Assembly (NCBI GenBank): GCA_030616085.1
Contig: JAUWYA010000001.1
Span: 8,692-72,691, forward strand
DNA: 64,000 bases
Source: Candidatus Nealsonbacteria bacterium
GTDB taxonomy: Bacteria; Patescibacteriota; Minisyncoccia; Minisyncoccales; GWA2-38-27
Reading direction: 5' to 3'
Below are positions 9,166 through 18,481 of the stretch, piece after piece. Within the stretch, counting starts at the first letter, position 1. Each line of letters starts with the position of its first letter. Position numbers and translations under genes: made by a program. Under the pieces are notes generated by a model. The model searched no databases and had not been told where the DNA came from. It saw only the letters and a program-made list of their open reading frames with translations.

Positions 9166-9525
9166 ATGAAACAAGAAACCATAAAATTAATAATTTTTTC
9201 AACAGTAATTGGCGTAGTTTTTATTGCTTCTTTGTTTTTGATTATTCAACAAGAGCAAGCATTAAGCAGACAATTAAGAGCTACGGTTTTTCCATCAGAA
9301 AAAATATTGGGAAAGCAAATTACTAAAGATTTAACAGGAAAACTTACAGGGCAGATAGAGAGAAAGATTTTATCAGATTGTCTTGATGAGGCCAAAAATG
9401 CTTTTGAGGATCTTTGGAATCAAGAATGCGAAGACAAAGGATTAGAAGAAAAGTGTGATTTGCCCAAAGATATTGCTTCTGATTTATTGAATGGATATCA
9501 GGAGCTTAAACAGGGGTGTTATTAA
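9166..9525 (+). CDS. Small signal-anchored protein, unknown
   Basis: N-terminal TM 'LIIFSTVIGVVFIASLFLII' and four Cys in the C-terminal part. Confidence 0.3.
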   Translation: MKQETIKLIIFSTVIGVVFIASLFLIIQQEQALSRQLRATVFPSEKILGKQITKDLTGKLTGQIERKILSDCLDEAKNAFEDLWNQECEDKGLEEKCDLPKDIASDLLNGYQELKQGCY

Positions 9526-9552
9526 AGATTGTTTATGCGTGATTCTTTTTAT

Positions 9553-9590
9553 TAAAATTCCCGGGAATTGTTTTCTCGGGTTTTTTATGT
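9553..9590 (+). terminator. Rho-independent terminator (CCCGGGAATTGTTTTCTCGGG + T-run)
   Basis: 8-bp stem, T-rich tail. Confidence 0.5.
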
Positions 9591-9604
9591 AATAATAAAC
9601 TAAT

Positions 9605-10684
9605 ATGAAACAAAAAGGGTTTACCCCGTTAGAGATCAACGAGGCAAAAAATAAATATAAGGCAAGACAATCTCTAACGGGGTTTATTTCCATAAAGCTT
9701 CAGTTAATAATATTGGCTGTGATTTTACTTATAATGTCATTAGAAATAACCGGGCTTGTTTTAGACAGCAAAGGAAAATTATTTCCTTTATTTCGTAAAA
9801 TTTCTTTAGTATTCGCAGGATATAAAGATGCGGGAGGAATTTCAGATGAAGAAGGAAACGGCTTAACTTTCAAACAGGGGCCTGAATACTCAGATGAAGA
9901 AATGGAGAAGAGAATTAAAGAATTAGAGAAAAAAATCAAGGATCTTGAAGAAAATCAGCAGGTTCCCTTTCCTCCTGAAGAATATTTTCTTCCCCCTTTA
10001 ACTCAAGAGCAGATTAGCGCTGTAGTTGAACTTTGGTGTCCTGATGACGATTATAATTACACAGGATATATTAGCATTGGGTCAGGCAGCATTGTCAGTC
10101 CAGAAGGAATTATCATTACTAATAGGCACGTTATTTCAAATGAAGACTGGAGCGTTATTAAATCTACGCCAACTTGTTATGTTGCTGTTACAGATGATAT
10201 CGCCTGGCCGCCCACAGTGAAATATGCGGCTAATTTAATTGCTTACGCGCCTGTAACAGATGATTATTTTGATTTTGATATCGCTATTTTATATATCAAT
10301 GACGTTTGCCGCGAATGTGAGGATGCGCCAAGTTCTCTTCCTTCAAGTTTTTCTTATTTAGATCTTGGTTATTCTGATATTCTTGCGCCTGGAGATTATG
10401 TGGCAATTGCTGGTTATCCTGAAATAGGGGCAGGGACTTTTAATTTTACTGATGGAATAATAAGCGGAAGAGTAGGAGAGTTTGTTTTGAAAACAGATGC
10501 TAAGATTGATTCTGGGAATTCTGGAGGTTCTGCTTTGAATAGCAAGAATCAACTTATCGGAGCTCCTACCTGGACAATTTCAGGCCGGGCAGAAAGCATG
10601 GGCTATGTTATTGGTATTGACCAGGTTGTAGAATGGTATGAAACAAAAGTAGTGCCTTCTGATTCAGTAATAGTGCCTTACTAA
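9605..10684 (+). CDS. Membrane-anchored trypsin-like (S1/S1C-type) serine protease; the 5' end contains an in-frame IR element
   Basis: 'ITNRHVI' (His), 'DIAILYI' (Asp) and 'GNSGGSALN' (Ser) in the correct order. The N-terminal 'TPLEINEAKNKYKARQSLTGF' is encoded by IR element 9624-9684. Confidence 0.6.
   Translation: MKQKGFTPLEINEAKNKYKARQSLTGFISIKLQLIILAVILLIMSLEITGLVLDSKGKLFPLFRKISLVFAGYKDAGGISDEEGNGLTFKQGPEYSDEEMEKRIKELEKKIKDLEENQQVPFPPEEYFLPPLTQEQISAVVELWCPDDDYNYTGYISIGSGSIVSPEGIIITNRHVISNEDWSVIKSTPTCYVAVTDDIAWPPTVKYAANLIAYAPVTDDYFDFDIAILYINDVCRECEDAPSSLPSSFSYLDLGYSDILAPGDYVAIAGYPEIGAGTFNFTDGIISGRVGEFVLKTDAKIDSGNSGGSALNSKNQLIGAPTWTISGRAESMGYVIGIDQVVEWYETKVVPSDSVIVPY
9624..9684. repeat. 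CCCCGTTAGAGAT...ATCTCTAACGGGG inverted-repeat element inside a CDS
   Basis: TTACCCCGTTAGAGATC (spacer) AATCTCTAACGGGGTT. Confidence 0.8.
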
Positions 10685-10685
10685 T

Positions 10686-10796
10686 ATGAAAAGCAAAACA
10701 ACAACAATATTAACAGGAACATTAGTTTGCTTAGCAGTTTTTCAAATTATAATAGCAATATTACAGGTTGTAATAATGCTGTTGAAATTAAATTGA
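10686..10796 (+). CDS. Small hydrophobic peptide (36 aa), possible membrane peptide/type I toxin-like; not in the supplied ORF track
   Basis: ATG AAA AGC AAA ... translates to MKSKTTTILTGTLVCLAVFQIIIAILQVVIMLLKLN*. Confidence 0.25.
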   Translation: MKSKTTTILTGTLVCLAVFQIIIAILQVVIMLLKLN

Positions 10797-10849
10797 CATG
10801 TTATTGTTAATATATTAAGATTAAAAAAGAAAATTAATTTTATTATTTT

Positions 10850-11104
10850 GTGATTCATTTTACTAAACATGCCAGAGAAAAATTTGATATATTAAAAGAG
10901 CACAAATTTGAAGTTTCCAGAGAGCAAGTAATTAAAACAATAAATAATCCAGAATTAATCGATCGCTCCCGTTTCCCTCTTTTAATTGCCCAAAAGAAAA
11001 TTAGCAATAGTCATGTTTTAAGAGTAGTTTATAAAAAGGAAAATAGTAATAAAATTATTATTACTTTTTATCCAGGAAGAGTAAAACAATATGAACAGCA
11101 ATAA
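10850..11104 (+). CDS. DUF4258-like small toxin-type protein
   Basis: 'MIHFTKHAREKF...' resembles DUF4258, which pairs with DUF2283. Confidence 0.45.
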   Translation: MIHFTKHAREKFDILKEHKFEVSREQVIKTINNPELIDRSRFPLLIAQKKISNSHVLRVVYKKENSNKIIITFYPGRVKQYEQQ

Positions 11105-11327
11105 AAAAACCAAAATTAGTTATGATCTTGAGTCAGATGTTTTAAGAGTAGAGATTTCTAAACAGCCCATTGATTATGCAAAAGAGATGGGAAATATTGT
11201 AGTCCATTTTACCAAAAAAGGATTACCTGTTTATCTTGAATTTCTGGAAGCAAAAAGATTTTTAACTAAAACTAAAAAAGTTTTAGAAAAAGCCAGAGTT
11301 CCTGAATTTGCAGAAAAACCCGCTTAA
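11091..11327 (+). CDS. DUF2283-like protein, overlapping its partner by 14 nt
   Basis: 'ISYDLESDVLRVEIS...' resembles the DUF2283 'YDxEADxLYI' motif. Confidence 0.45.
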   Translation: MNSNKKTKISYDLESDVLRVEISKQPIDYAKEMGNIVVHFTKKGLPVYLEFLEAKRFLTKTKKVLEKARVPEFAEKPA

Positions 11328-11359
11328 AAACAACAGAAACCCCGGTCTCTGTCAATTTA

Positions 11360-11388
11360 GCAATCGCCAAAAGGGCGATTTTTTGTTT
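11360..11388 (+). terminator. Rho-independent terminator ATCGCCAAAAGGGCGATTTTTTG
   Basis: 6-bp GC stem plus T-run. Confidence 0.55.
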
Positions 11389-11421
11389 GCTTTGAACGAA
11401 GCGAAGGGGTAGAATGAAAAT

Positions 11422-11739
11422 ATGGATTTTATTTTTGTATATATAACCAATTCGACGAAGAAAGAGGCAAAAAAGATAGCTGAATGTTTGCTTAAAAAGA
11501 AGTTAATTGCTTGTGCTAATATTTTTCCAATAAATAGTTTATGTTGGTGGGCAGGAAAGATTGTTGATGAGAATGAGTTTATTTTGATTGCTAAAACAGT
11601 TGAATCTAATTTTGAAAAGGTTAAAAAAGAAGTTGAGAAAATTCATTCATATAAAATTCCTTGCATTGTTAAAATCCCTGTAAGTTCAAATAAAAAATAC
11701 TTTGACTGGTTGAAAAAAGAAATTAGAAAAAACACATGA
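11422..11739 (+). CDS. cutA: Divalent-cation tolerance protein CutA
   Basis: ~105 aa. 'IACANIFPINSLCWWAGKIVDENEFILIAKT...KIHSYKIPCIV' matches CutA1 conserved blocks. Confidence 0.7.
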   Translation: MDFIFVYITNSTKKEAKKIAECLLKKKLIACANIFPINSLCWWAGKIVDENEFILIAKTVESNFEKVKKEVEKIHSYKIPCIVKIPVSSNKKYFDWLKKEIRKNT

Positions 11740-12071
11740 AGAAATTTAAAGTTGATGAAAAAAATTGGTATTGTGGTTTTTGGAACAGCTCTCCTTTAGA
11801 AATTGGCTTGTTTAGGGGTTTTTCACGAAAAGAACTTTATGCACGTGAAAAGCTGCATTTTCACAAAGATTTTCGCGAATATTATTTAATTATAGATGGC
11901 AAAATGACTTTAATTATAAATAAAAAAGAATTACTTCTTAAAAAATATGATTTACTAATGGTAGAGCCAGGAGAAATACATAGAGTAACAAGTTTGGGGC
12001 CGAATGGATGTAGTTATGTTGTTATAAAAGAGAAATCATATGAAAATGGCACAATGCCTGTAAAAATATGA
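11736..12071 (+). CDS. Cupin-domain protein
   Basis: 'HFHKDFREYYLIIDGKMTLII...LLMVEPGEIHRV' has the cupin motif arrangement. Confidence 0.5.
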   Translation: MKKFKVDEKNWYCGFWNSSPLEIGLFRGFSRKELYAREKLHFHKDFREYYLIIDGKMTLIINKKELLLKKYDLLMVEPGEIHRVTSLGPNGCSYVVIKEKSYENGTMPVKI

Positions 12072-12391
12072 AGTACACAGATTTTAGAGATATTCTAAAG
12101 ATTATTGCAAAAGCTGCCAGAAAAATGGAAACAGTAAAGATTTATTATCCTAAAACAGAAAATACTGCTGCAGGATGGCGGGAAGTAGAACCATATAGTT
12201 TAACAACAGATATAGGGAGGGAAGGGGAGCATTTGGTTTATGGAAAAGATCGTTTAAGCCCAGGGCATATTTTTAATGGATATACTGTGGCAAGCAAAGA
12301 CGATCATTGCGATTCATTTATTATTGGAAAAATTAAAGCAGCTAAATTAACTAATAAAGAATTTAAGCCAAAATGGTCAGTAGAGTTTTAG
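12068..12391 (+). CDS. Hypothetical protein, possible WYL-like domain
   Basis: 'GWREVEPYSL...' gives a weak resemblance only. Confidence 0.3.
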   Translation: MKYTDFRDILKIIAKAARKMETVKIYYPKTENTAAGWREVEPYSLTTDIGREGEHLVYGKDRLSPGHIFNGYTVASKDDHCDSFIIGKIKAAKLTNKEFKPKWSVEF

Positions 12392-13158
12392 TTGAGAAAA
12401 ATTTAAAAAAAGCGGTCCTGAAAGCTGTGAATGAATTAGGTGGTTTTAAGAAGTTTATTAAAAAAGGAGATGTAGTTTTATTAAAGCCAAATTTCAACAC
12501 AGCAGATCCTTTTCCAGGTTCTACTGATTTTGAATTTTTAAAGACAATAGTTGAATTAGTTTATGAATGTGAGCCTAAGATGGTAATACTCGGAGATTCC
12601 TCTACTATGAGCTTGAATACTAGGAAAGTAATGGAAAAGCTTAAAATTTTTGATTTGGAAAAGATGAAGCAGCCTCCCCGGGTTTACGTTTTTGACGAAA
12701 GGTCTTGGGTAAAAAAAGAAATACCTAATGGTAAATATTTAAAAAAGGTTTGGCTTACTCATTATTTAGATAAAGCTGATAAGTTAATTCTTCTCCCTTG
12801 TTTGAAAACCCACTTTTTATCTCAGTTTACTGGAAGTTTAAAGCTTTCTATGGGTTTTATTAAACCTTTCCACCGAGTACATTTTCACATGAAACATCTT
12901 CAAGAGAAGATAGCAGAATTAAATAAGATCATTCACCCCGATTTAATCATTATGGATGCCAGAAGATGTTTTATTAATAAGGGTCCTGATAAAGGAAAAG
13001 TTGCTAATCCAGATTTAATTTTAGCTTCCAAACATAGAGTGGCTATTGATGTTGAAGGAATAAAAATAATTCAGAGCTTTAAAGGCAGTTCACTTAAAGA
13101 TATTAATCCTTTGGAAATACCTCAGATTAAAAAATCAAAAGAATTTGGTATTTCTTGA
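12373..13158 (+). CDS. DUF362-domain protein
   Basis: 'KKGDVVLLKPNFNTADPFPGSTD...ILLPCLKTHF' matches DUF362 blocks. Confidence 0.5.
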   Translation: MVSRVLVEKNLKKAVLKAVNELGGFKKFIKKGDVVLLKPNFNTADPFPGSTDFEFLKTIVELVYECEPKMVILGDSSTMSLNTRKVMEKLKIFDLEKMKQPPRVYVFDERSWVKKEIPNGKYLKKVWLTHYLDKADKLILLPCLKTHFLSQFTGSLKLSMGFIKPFHRVHFHMKHLQEKIAELNKIIHPDLIIMDARRCFINKGPDKGKVANPDLILASKHRVAIDVEGIKIIQSFKGSSLKDINPLEIPQIKKSKEFGIS

Positions 13159-13188
13159 AAAGGTCGATGTTATTAATATATTATTAAT

Positions 13189-13386
13189 ATGGAAGAATTT
13201 ATATTACAAAATTCATGGATTCTTTTGCTGATAACTCTTTGGACTGTTCCTTGGAAAGGAGTGGCTTTGTGGAAATCAGCCAGCAATAAACAAACAGGAT
13301 GGTTTATTGCTATGCTGATTTTGAATACTCTAGCTATCTTAGAGATTATCTACATCTTCTGTTTCAGTAAAAAGAAAAAATCCTAA
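13189..13386 (+). CDS. Small membrane protein
   Basis: Two hydrophobic helices. Confidence 0.3.
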   Translation: MEEFILQNSWILLLITLWTVPWKGVALWKSASNKQTGWFIAMLILNTLAILEIIYIFCFSKKKKS

Positions 13387-13400
13387 ACACAAGAATAAAA

Positions 13401-14570
13401 ATGAGAAAATTAGTTTACATATTTTTATTATTGTTTTTTTTATTTAATGCTTTTGATTTTGCCTTGCCCGTCAAAGCTTTTAGCGAAGACGGGTTAGCTC
13501 AGGAAAATCAAATAGAGATTGATTTCTTTTATAGTCCGACTTGTCCTCATTGTGCTGAAGAAGAGAAGTTTTTAAATAGATTAGAAGAAGAATATCCAGA
13601 GATTAAAATTAACAGATTCTCTGTTTTTGATAGAAACAACCTTGAATTATTAAAAGAATCTTACAAAGAATATGAAGTTCCTGTTGAGTATTATGGTATG
13701 GTTCCAGCTACTTTTACCAATGAGAGATACTTTGTAGGTTTTAATAAAGAAATTGGGGAAGCTATTGAAAATTGTATTTTAGAGTGCAAGGCAGGTAAAA
13801 CATCAGAAGATGTTAGTATTATTGACCTTGAAGGCAATATTGATATTCCTATTATAGGAAAGATTAATATTAGAAAATATTCTCTTCCTGTTTTAGCCGT
13901 TGTTTTAGGAGCTTTAGATGGTTTTAATGTTTGTTCTCTCGGCGCTTTGATTTTGATTCTGGGCTTGGTGTTAGCTATAAAATCAAGGAAAAAGACCTTG
14001 CTCTTTGGAGGTCTTTTTATTGTTACTACAGCCGTTGTCTATGGATTATTAATAGTTATTTGGTATCATATTTTCTCTTTTCTTGTTCCATATATGAGAA
14101 CAATGCAGATTTTAATAGGGCTTTTAGGAATAGGAGGGGGAATTTATTTCTTAAGGCAGTTTATCAGATTTAAGAAGTATGGACCAGCTTGTGAGATAAG
14201 TGCAGGAGACGGCATAGTCTCAAGATTTTCTTCAAGATTTCAGCAATCTTTTAAAGAATCAGGAAATATTATTTTACTATTGGGAAGCGTATTTTTATTT
14301 GCTGGAATAATTACTATTGTAGAATTTCCTTGTTCAGCTGTTGTGCCAGTGGCTTTTGCAGGCGTTTTAGCTCAAGCAGGGCTTTCCACCTTTTCTTATC
14401 TTTTATACATTTCTCTTTTCCTTGTTTTCTATATGTTAGATGAGATTATTGTTTTCTTGATTGCTTTTTTCACAATGAAGATTTGGCTTGCTTCCAGCAA
14501 AGCTATTACCTGGATAACTTTATTAGAAGCAATAATCCTTTTAGCTTTAGGATTTTATTATCTTTTTTAA
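13401..14570 (+). CDS. Thiol:disulfide oxidoreductase: secreted thioredoxin-fold domain (CPHC) fused to a CcdA/DsbD-like polytopic membrane domain
   Basis: 'FFYSPTCPHCAEEEKFLNRL', then a membrane domain with conserved Cys in TM segments ('FNVCSLGAL', 'EFPCSAVVP'). Confidence 0.5.
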   Translation: MRKLVYIFLLLFFLFNAFDFALPVKAFSEDGLAQENQIEIDFFYSPTCPHCAEEEKFLNRLEEEYPEIKINRFSVFDRNNLELLKESYKEYEVPVEYYGMVPATFTNERYFVGFNKEIGEAIENCILECKAGKTSEDVSIIDLEGNIDIPIIGKINIRKYSLPVLAVVLGALDGFNVCSLGALILILGLVLAIKSRKKTLLFGGLFIVTTAVVYGLLIVIWYHIFSFLVPYMRTMQILIGLLGIGGGIYFLRQFIRFKKYGPACEISAGDGIVSRFSSRFQQSFKESGNIILLLGSVFLFAGIITIVEFPCSAVVPVAFAGVLAQAGLSTFSYLLYISLFLVFYMLDEIIVFLIAFFTMKIWLASSKAITWITLLEAIILLALGFYYLF

Positions 14571-14573
14571 TTT

Positions 14574-15323
14574 ATGACCTTGGTATATATTTTAATTGCT
14601 ACTTTTCTGGTTAGCATTATTTCTTTTATAGGAGCTTTGACTTTGTTTCTTAAAGAAAAACTGCTTAATAAAATACTTTTGATTTTAGTTGCTTTTTCTG
14701 CCGGCGCTCTAATTGGAGGAGCGTTTTTGCATTTAATCCCGGAAGCAATTGAAGAGGCGGGATTAGATGAAGGCGGGATTCTGAAAATATTCTTATATCT
14801 GCTTTTAGGTTTTTGCATCTTCTTTGTCTTAGAGCAGTTTATAAACTGGCACCATCATCATGCTGCTTCTCATCCAGAAATAACATCTTTTTCTTATTTG
14901 ATTTTAGTTTCAGATGGAGTTCATAATTTTATTGATGGATTTATCATAGCAGCTTCTTTTGTCATTGCCTTACCGGTTGGGATAGTTACTGTTTTAGCAG
15001 TTGCCTTGCATGAAATTCCTCAGGAATTGGGAGATTTCGGTGTTTTAATCTATGGAGGATTTAAAAAGTCAAAAGCCTTGTTTTTAAACTTTCTAACAGG
15101 CCTTATTGCAGTTTTTGGCGGAATTGCCGGCTTTTTCCTCTCAGAGAGAATAGGCGATTCAATTGTTTTTCTTTTGCCTTTTGCAGCAGGAAACTTTATT
15201 TATATTGCTTGTTCAGATTTAATTCCTGAAATAAAAAATAAAGAAACTTCTAAAAAATCTCTACTTTATTTCTTTGTTTTTCTGCTTGGAATAAGCTTGA
15301 TGCTGTTGCTTAGATTTATCTGA
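14574..15323 (+). CDS. zupT: ZIP-family metal (zinc) transporter
   Basis: 'HNFIDGFIIAASF' and 'HEIPQELGDFGVLIYGG' are ZIP/ZupT signatures. His-rich loop 'WHHHHAASH'. Confidence 0.8.
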   Translation: MTLVYILIATFLVSIISFIGALTLFLKEKLLNKILLILVAFSAGALIGGAFLHLIPEAIEEAGLDEGGILKIFLYLLLGFCIFFVLEQFINWHHHHAASHPEITSFSYLILVSDGVHNFIDGFIIAASFVIALPVGIVTVLAVALHEIPQELGDFGVLIYGGFKKSKALFLNFLTGLIAVFGGIAGFFLSERIGDSIVFLLPFAAGNFIYIACSDLIPEIKNKETSKKSLLYFFVFLLGISLMLLLRFI

Positions 15324-15332
15324 TGTAATAAA

Positions 15333-15365
15333 AAAGCCCCTTGATAAAATCTTAGGGCTTAATAA
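15333..15365. terminator. Bidirectional hairpin between convergent genes (AAGCCCC...GGGCTT)
   Basis: 6-bp stem with a 15-nt loop in the convergent intergenic gap. Confidence 0.4.
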
Positions 15366-15382
15366 GTTTTTGTCTTTTTCTT

Positions 15383-15799
15383 TTATTCAAAAGGTGAACG
15401 CACGGATTCTTCTTCTTTAAGGCCGAGTAAACCGGGTGCCCATTCGAATGGACTAGTATCCTTGTTTTTCTTAATTAACTGATTGAACTCTTGTTCTAAT
15501 AAAATATGAACGGGCTTTACGTTCTCTTTGTTCTCATTTCGGACATCAAATCCGAAAGATCCTTCCATGCTCACTAAAACAATAGCTTCTACAACTTTTG
15601 CCTTTTTCCTGGGCAAACGACTCCATACTTTTTTCAGTAATGATTTGTCTAGACAGACCATCATCTCTTTGTCTTTTTTGAAAATAGCTGGGAAGAATCC
15701 CATAAGGCCATGGCTTAACTCCAAGAAGTAAGCTTCTGCCAGCTTGAATCCTGCCAAGTCTTCATCCATTACATCTGCTAATTTCATAGGATTTTCCAT
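15383..15799 (-). CDS. Hypothetical protein
   Basis: Intact 138-aa ORF, no recognisable motif. Confidence 0.4.
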   Translation of the reverse strand: MENPMKLADVMDEDLAGFKLAEAYFLELSHGLMGFFPAIFKKDKEMMVCLDKSLLKKVWSRLPRKKAKVVEAIVLVSMEGSFGFDVRNENKENVKPVHILLEQEFNQLIKKNKDTSPFEWAPGLLGLKEEESVRSPFE

Positions 15800-15998
15800 T
15801 AAATTCTCCTTTTTTTAAAACGGGGTTATTTAAACGAAATGAACTAATACGATATTTTATATTAGCATGCTCTTCTCTTTGAGTCAATAATGCCTGAAGA
15901 ATATGTTTCAAGGAAGGCATTCGAACATATTTCTGTAAAACAATTTCTATAATTAACACTTTTTATTATTATTTTGGATCTTTTTCTTCTTTTCAGCT

Positions 15999-16385
15999 TT
16001 ACTCTGGAGCTTCATCTGATATTTTTTCAATAGCCTCAGAAGTTTCAATTATTTCTTTAGACTTCTCTTGAAGCTTGTTTGGCATTTCTTTAAGGGCCAT
16101 TTTGAGAATAATGAAACGAGGATCTGTTGGATTTTCAGTAAATTCTTCCAAAAAAGCCAAACAGAATTCTTCGCCAAATTCTTCAAAAAGACGATCAATT
16201 AATCTGCCACAGCATTCTTCCACGAGTTGGAGTCCGAGAAAACGATCTATAATAGAACTTTGGTCTTCAGACGCATTGGTGCCACATACCTCACATAAAA
16301 CATCTCTATCGCTGGACGAACTTTGGTTATTCCATTTTCGTTCGCTTGGTCCTGCTGGCTTTTGAACTATTTTACCTTTTGCCAT
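15999..16385 (-). CDS. Hypothetical Cys-containing acidic protein
   Basis: 128-aa ORF with 'CEVCG' and 'ECCG'. Confidence 0.4.
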   Translation of the reverse strand: MAKGKIVQKPAGPSERKWNNQSSSSDRDVLCEVCGTNASEDQSSIIDRFLGLQLVEECCGRLIDRLFEEFGEEFCLAFLEEFTENPTDPRFIILKMALKEMPNKLQEKSKEIIETSEAIEKISDEAPE

Positions 16386-16485
16386 TTTATTTCCTTTCTA
16401 AAAATATTGTTAAAGTGCTGTTTTGTTTAATATTTGAACATAAACTATTTTACTTTCTTTGTCAATTAAGATATAATGAAATAAT

Positions 16486-18111
16486 ATGTTAAAGAAAATA
16501 TTAACTAAAAAAGTAATTATAATAATTATTGTTATTACTGTTTTGGGTTTCATTATATATAGCTTCTTTGTTAAAAACGGAGAGCCTGAATATATTTTAG
16601 AAAAGGTTTCTTACGGAACAGTTATTAAAGAAGTTTCAGAAACCGGAGCAGTTAAGATTTCAGGAGAAATAAATCTTAGCTTTAAGAACTCAGGAAGAAT
16701 TGATGAGATATATGTCAAAGTAGGAGACAAGGTTGAGCTAGGCCAGGAATTGGCTAAGCTTGATACAAGCCAGATGTATATTGAACTAACCGAATCTCAA
16801 GCTGCTTTGGAAGTAACCCAGGCAGATTATAATAAGCTTTTGGCTGGTTCTTCTGCTGAGGAGATTAAAGTTGCTGAAACGGAAGTTTTAAATGCTCAAG
16901 TTGTTCTTGATAATGCTGAACAAAGCTTAAAAGATATTAAAGCTGATGCTGAAGAAGATTTAAACCAGGCATATGAAGATGCTCTTGATGTTTTAGATGA
17001 TGCTTATTTAAAACTCTATAATGCATACAACGTAGTAGATGATATCAGACGTACATATTTTAGTTCAAGCGATCAAATATCACTCGTAGTTAAAGATAAT
17101 AAAGACAAGATTAAGAATGCTGTGGATAGCGCAAAAGTATATATTGATGAAGCAAAAGCAGATTCTATTGATGAAGATATTGATACAGCTCTTTCTGAAA
17201 CAAAAGATGCTCTTTCAGATACCAAAGAAGCTTTGGAAGCAGTTAGAGATGCAGCAGAAGCAATAGCTTATCGTGATACTGTTTCAGATTCTGATAAAAC
17301 CTCTTTAGATAATCAAAAAACATACATTAATACTGTTTATACTGATCTTGTTGCTGCTCAGCAAAATATTTCATTAACCAAGATTACCAATGAAACAAAT
17401 ATCAATACTGCTGAAGCAACAATGTCTACGGCTGAAGCTAAATTGCAGAAAGCTCAAGATCAGCTTGATTTGAAAAAAGCCGGACCTACCCAGGAAAATA
17501 TTGATTTGTATTTGGCTAAGATAAAGCAGGCGCAGGCCAATGTTTCTCTTCTATACAATAAAATAAATGAAGCTGTTTTAAAAAGTCCTATTCAGGGACA
17601 AGTAACAGAGATTAATAAAAGGGAAGGAGAGACAGTTCAAACAACTGATTCAGTGATTTCTTTTATGCCAGAAGGTCCATTTCAAGTGGAAGTAGACATA
17701 TATGAGGAGGATATTGTTGATGTTAAGGTAGATAATTTTGTTAGAATTGACTTGCCTGCCTTTCCTGATGAAACCCTAGAAGGCAGAGTGATTTCAATTG
17801 ACCCGGCAGAAAAATTGATTGACGGAGTAGTATATTATGAAGTAAATATTATTTTTAGCACTGGAAAAGAAAACATTAAGCCGGGCATGACAGCTGATGT
17901 TGTCATTGAAACAGATAAAAAAGAAAATGTATTAATCATTTCCAGAGCAGCTTTAAAAAAGATAAATGGAGAAAAAATAGTTAGAGTTTTCAAAAAAGGA
18001 AAAGCTGAAGAGAGAAAAATAGAGATTGGCATGGAAGGAGATGAATATATTGAAGTTATTTCTGGATTAGCAGAAGGTGAAGAAATTATCATCGGCGAAA
18101 AACAGGAATAA
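16486..18111 (+). CDS. Efflux periplasmic adaptor (HlyD/membrane-fusion protein family)
   Basis: N-terminal TM, biotin-lipoyl-like 'IYVKVGDKVELGQELAKLD', long coiled-coil region, C-terminal beta-barrel. Confidence 0.7.
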   Translation: MLKKILTKKVIIIIIVITVLGFIIYSFFVKNGEPEYILEKVSYGTVIKEVSETGAVKISGEINLSFKNSGRIDEIYVKVGDKVELGQELAKLDTSQMYIELTESQAALEVTQADYNKLLAGSSAEEIKVAETEVLNAQVVLDNAEQSLKDIKADAEEDLNQAYEDALDVLDDAYLKLYNAYNVVDDIRRTYFSSSDQISLVVKDNKDKIKNAVDSAKVYIDEAKADSIDEDIDTALSETKDALSDTKEALEAVRDAAEAIAYRDTVSDSDKTSLDNQKTYINTVYTDLVAAQQNISLTKITNETNINTAEATMSTAEAKLQKAQDQLDLKKAGPTQENIDLYLAKIKQAQANVSLLYNKINEAVLKSPIQGQVTEINKREGETVQTTDSVISFMPEGPFQVEVDIYEEDIVDVKVDNFVRIDLPAFPDETLEGRVISIDPAEKLIDGVVYYEVNIIFSTGKENIKPGMTADVVIETDKKENVLIISRAALKKINGEKIVRVFKKGKAEERKIEIGMEGDEYIEVISGLAEGEEIIIGEKQE

Positions 18112-18149
18112 AAACTAAAAAGCCCCTTGAAAATTAAGAGACCTTTTAG

Positions 18150-18322
18150 CGTGGACCCGGCGGGACTCGCACCCGCTTCACTGGGTACCAACACCAGTAT
18201 GTTACATATATACACCACAGGCCCAGATCCACGATTATATTATAAAACAAAAAGAGTTCTTTTAAAAGAACTCTTTTTGTGGTACCCAGTTTAGCTCGTA
18301 GTGTACGAACCATACTAGCGTT
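18150..18322 (-). ncRNA. Candidate small RNA with a tRNA-like 3' end (T-arm GCGGG-TGCGAGT-CCCGC plus acceptor strand CGGGTCC-A), preceded by a consensus promoter; not a canonical tRNA
   Basis: Minus-strand promoter TTGACA(18356-18351)-16 nt-TATACT(18334-18329). The minus-strand 3' part reads GGATCTG...GCGGGTGCGAGTCCCGCCGGGTCCA (18230-18152). A 10-bp long-range pairing CTGGGTACCA/TGGTACCCAG (18181-18190 with 18280-18289) is present. No D-arm or anticodon arm could be folded. Confidence 0.35.
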
Positions 18323-18360
18323 TATATCAGTATAGCAAACCATAAACTCTTGTCAAGAGC

Positions 18361-18389
18361 TTGACGTAAATAATCTATCATGATATACT
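18361..18389 (+). promoter_or_regulatory. Sigma70-like promoter TTGACG-17-TATACT for the 18482 gene
   Basis: -35 at 18361-18366, -10 at 18384-18389, divergent from the minus-strand promoter. Confidence 0.5.
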
Positions 18390-18481
18390 AAAATAGTTAA
18401 AGTACCTTATATTATTGGTGAGTCTGAGGCCTTGTTGCGTTAACAAGGTGCGGGACAAACTAAAAGAAAGGAGAAACAAAA

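Noticed and set aside
18152-18230. Canonical tRNA gene on the minus strand
   Set aside because: Only the T-arm and a 7-bp acceptor pairing (with two G-U) could be formed. No D-arm or anticodon arm folds. The T-loop is TGCGAGT rather than TTCGAGT. Kept only as a tRNA-like RNA at low confidence.
18150-18322. tmRNA (ssrA) interpretation of the tRNA-like RNA
   Set aside because: The acceptor pairing would be G-C, G-C, A-U with no G3-U70. No tag-peptide ORF with an Ala-Ala C-terminus, no pseudoknot-like GC blocks, and the length (~170 nt) is too short.
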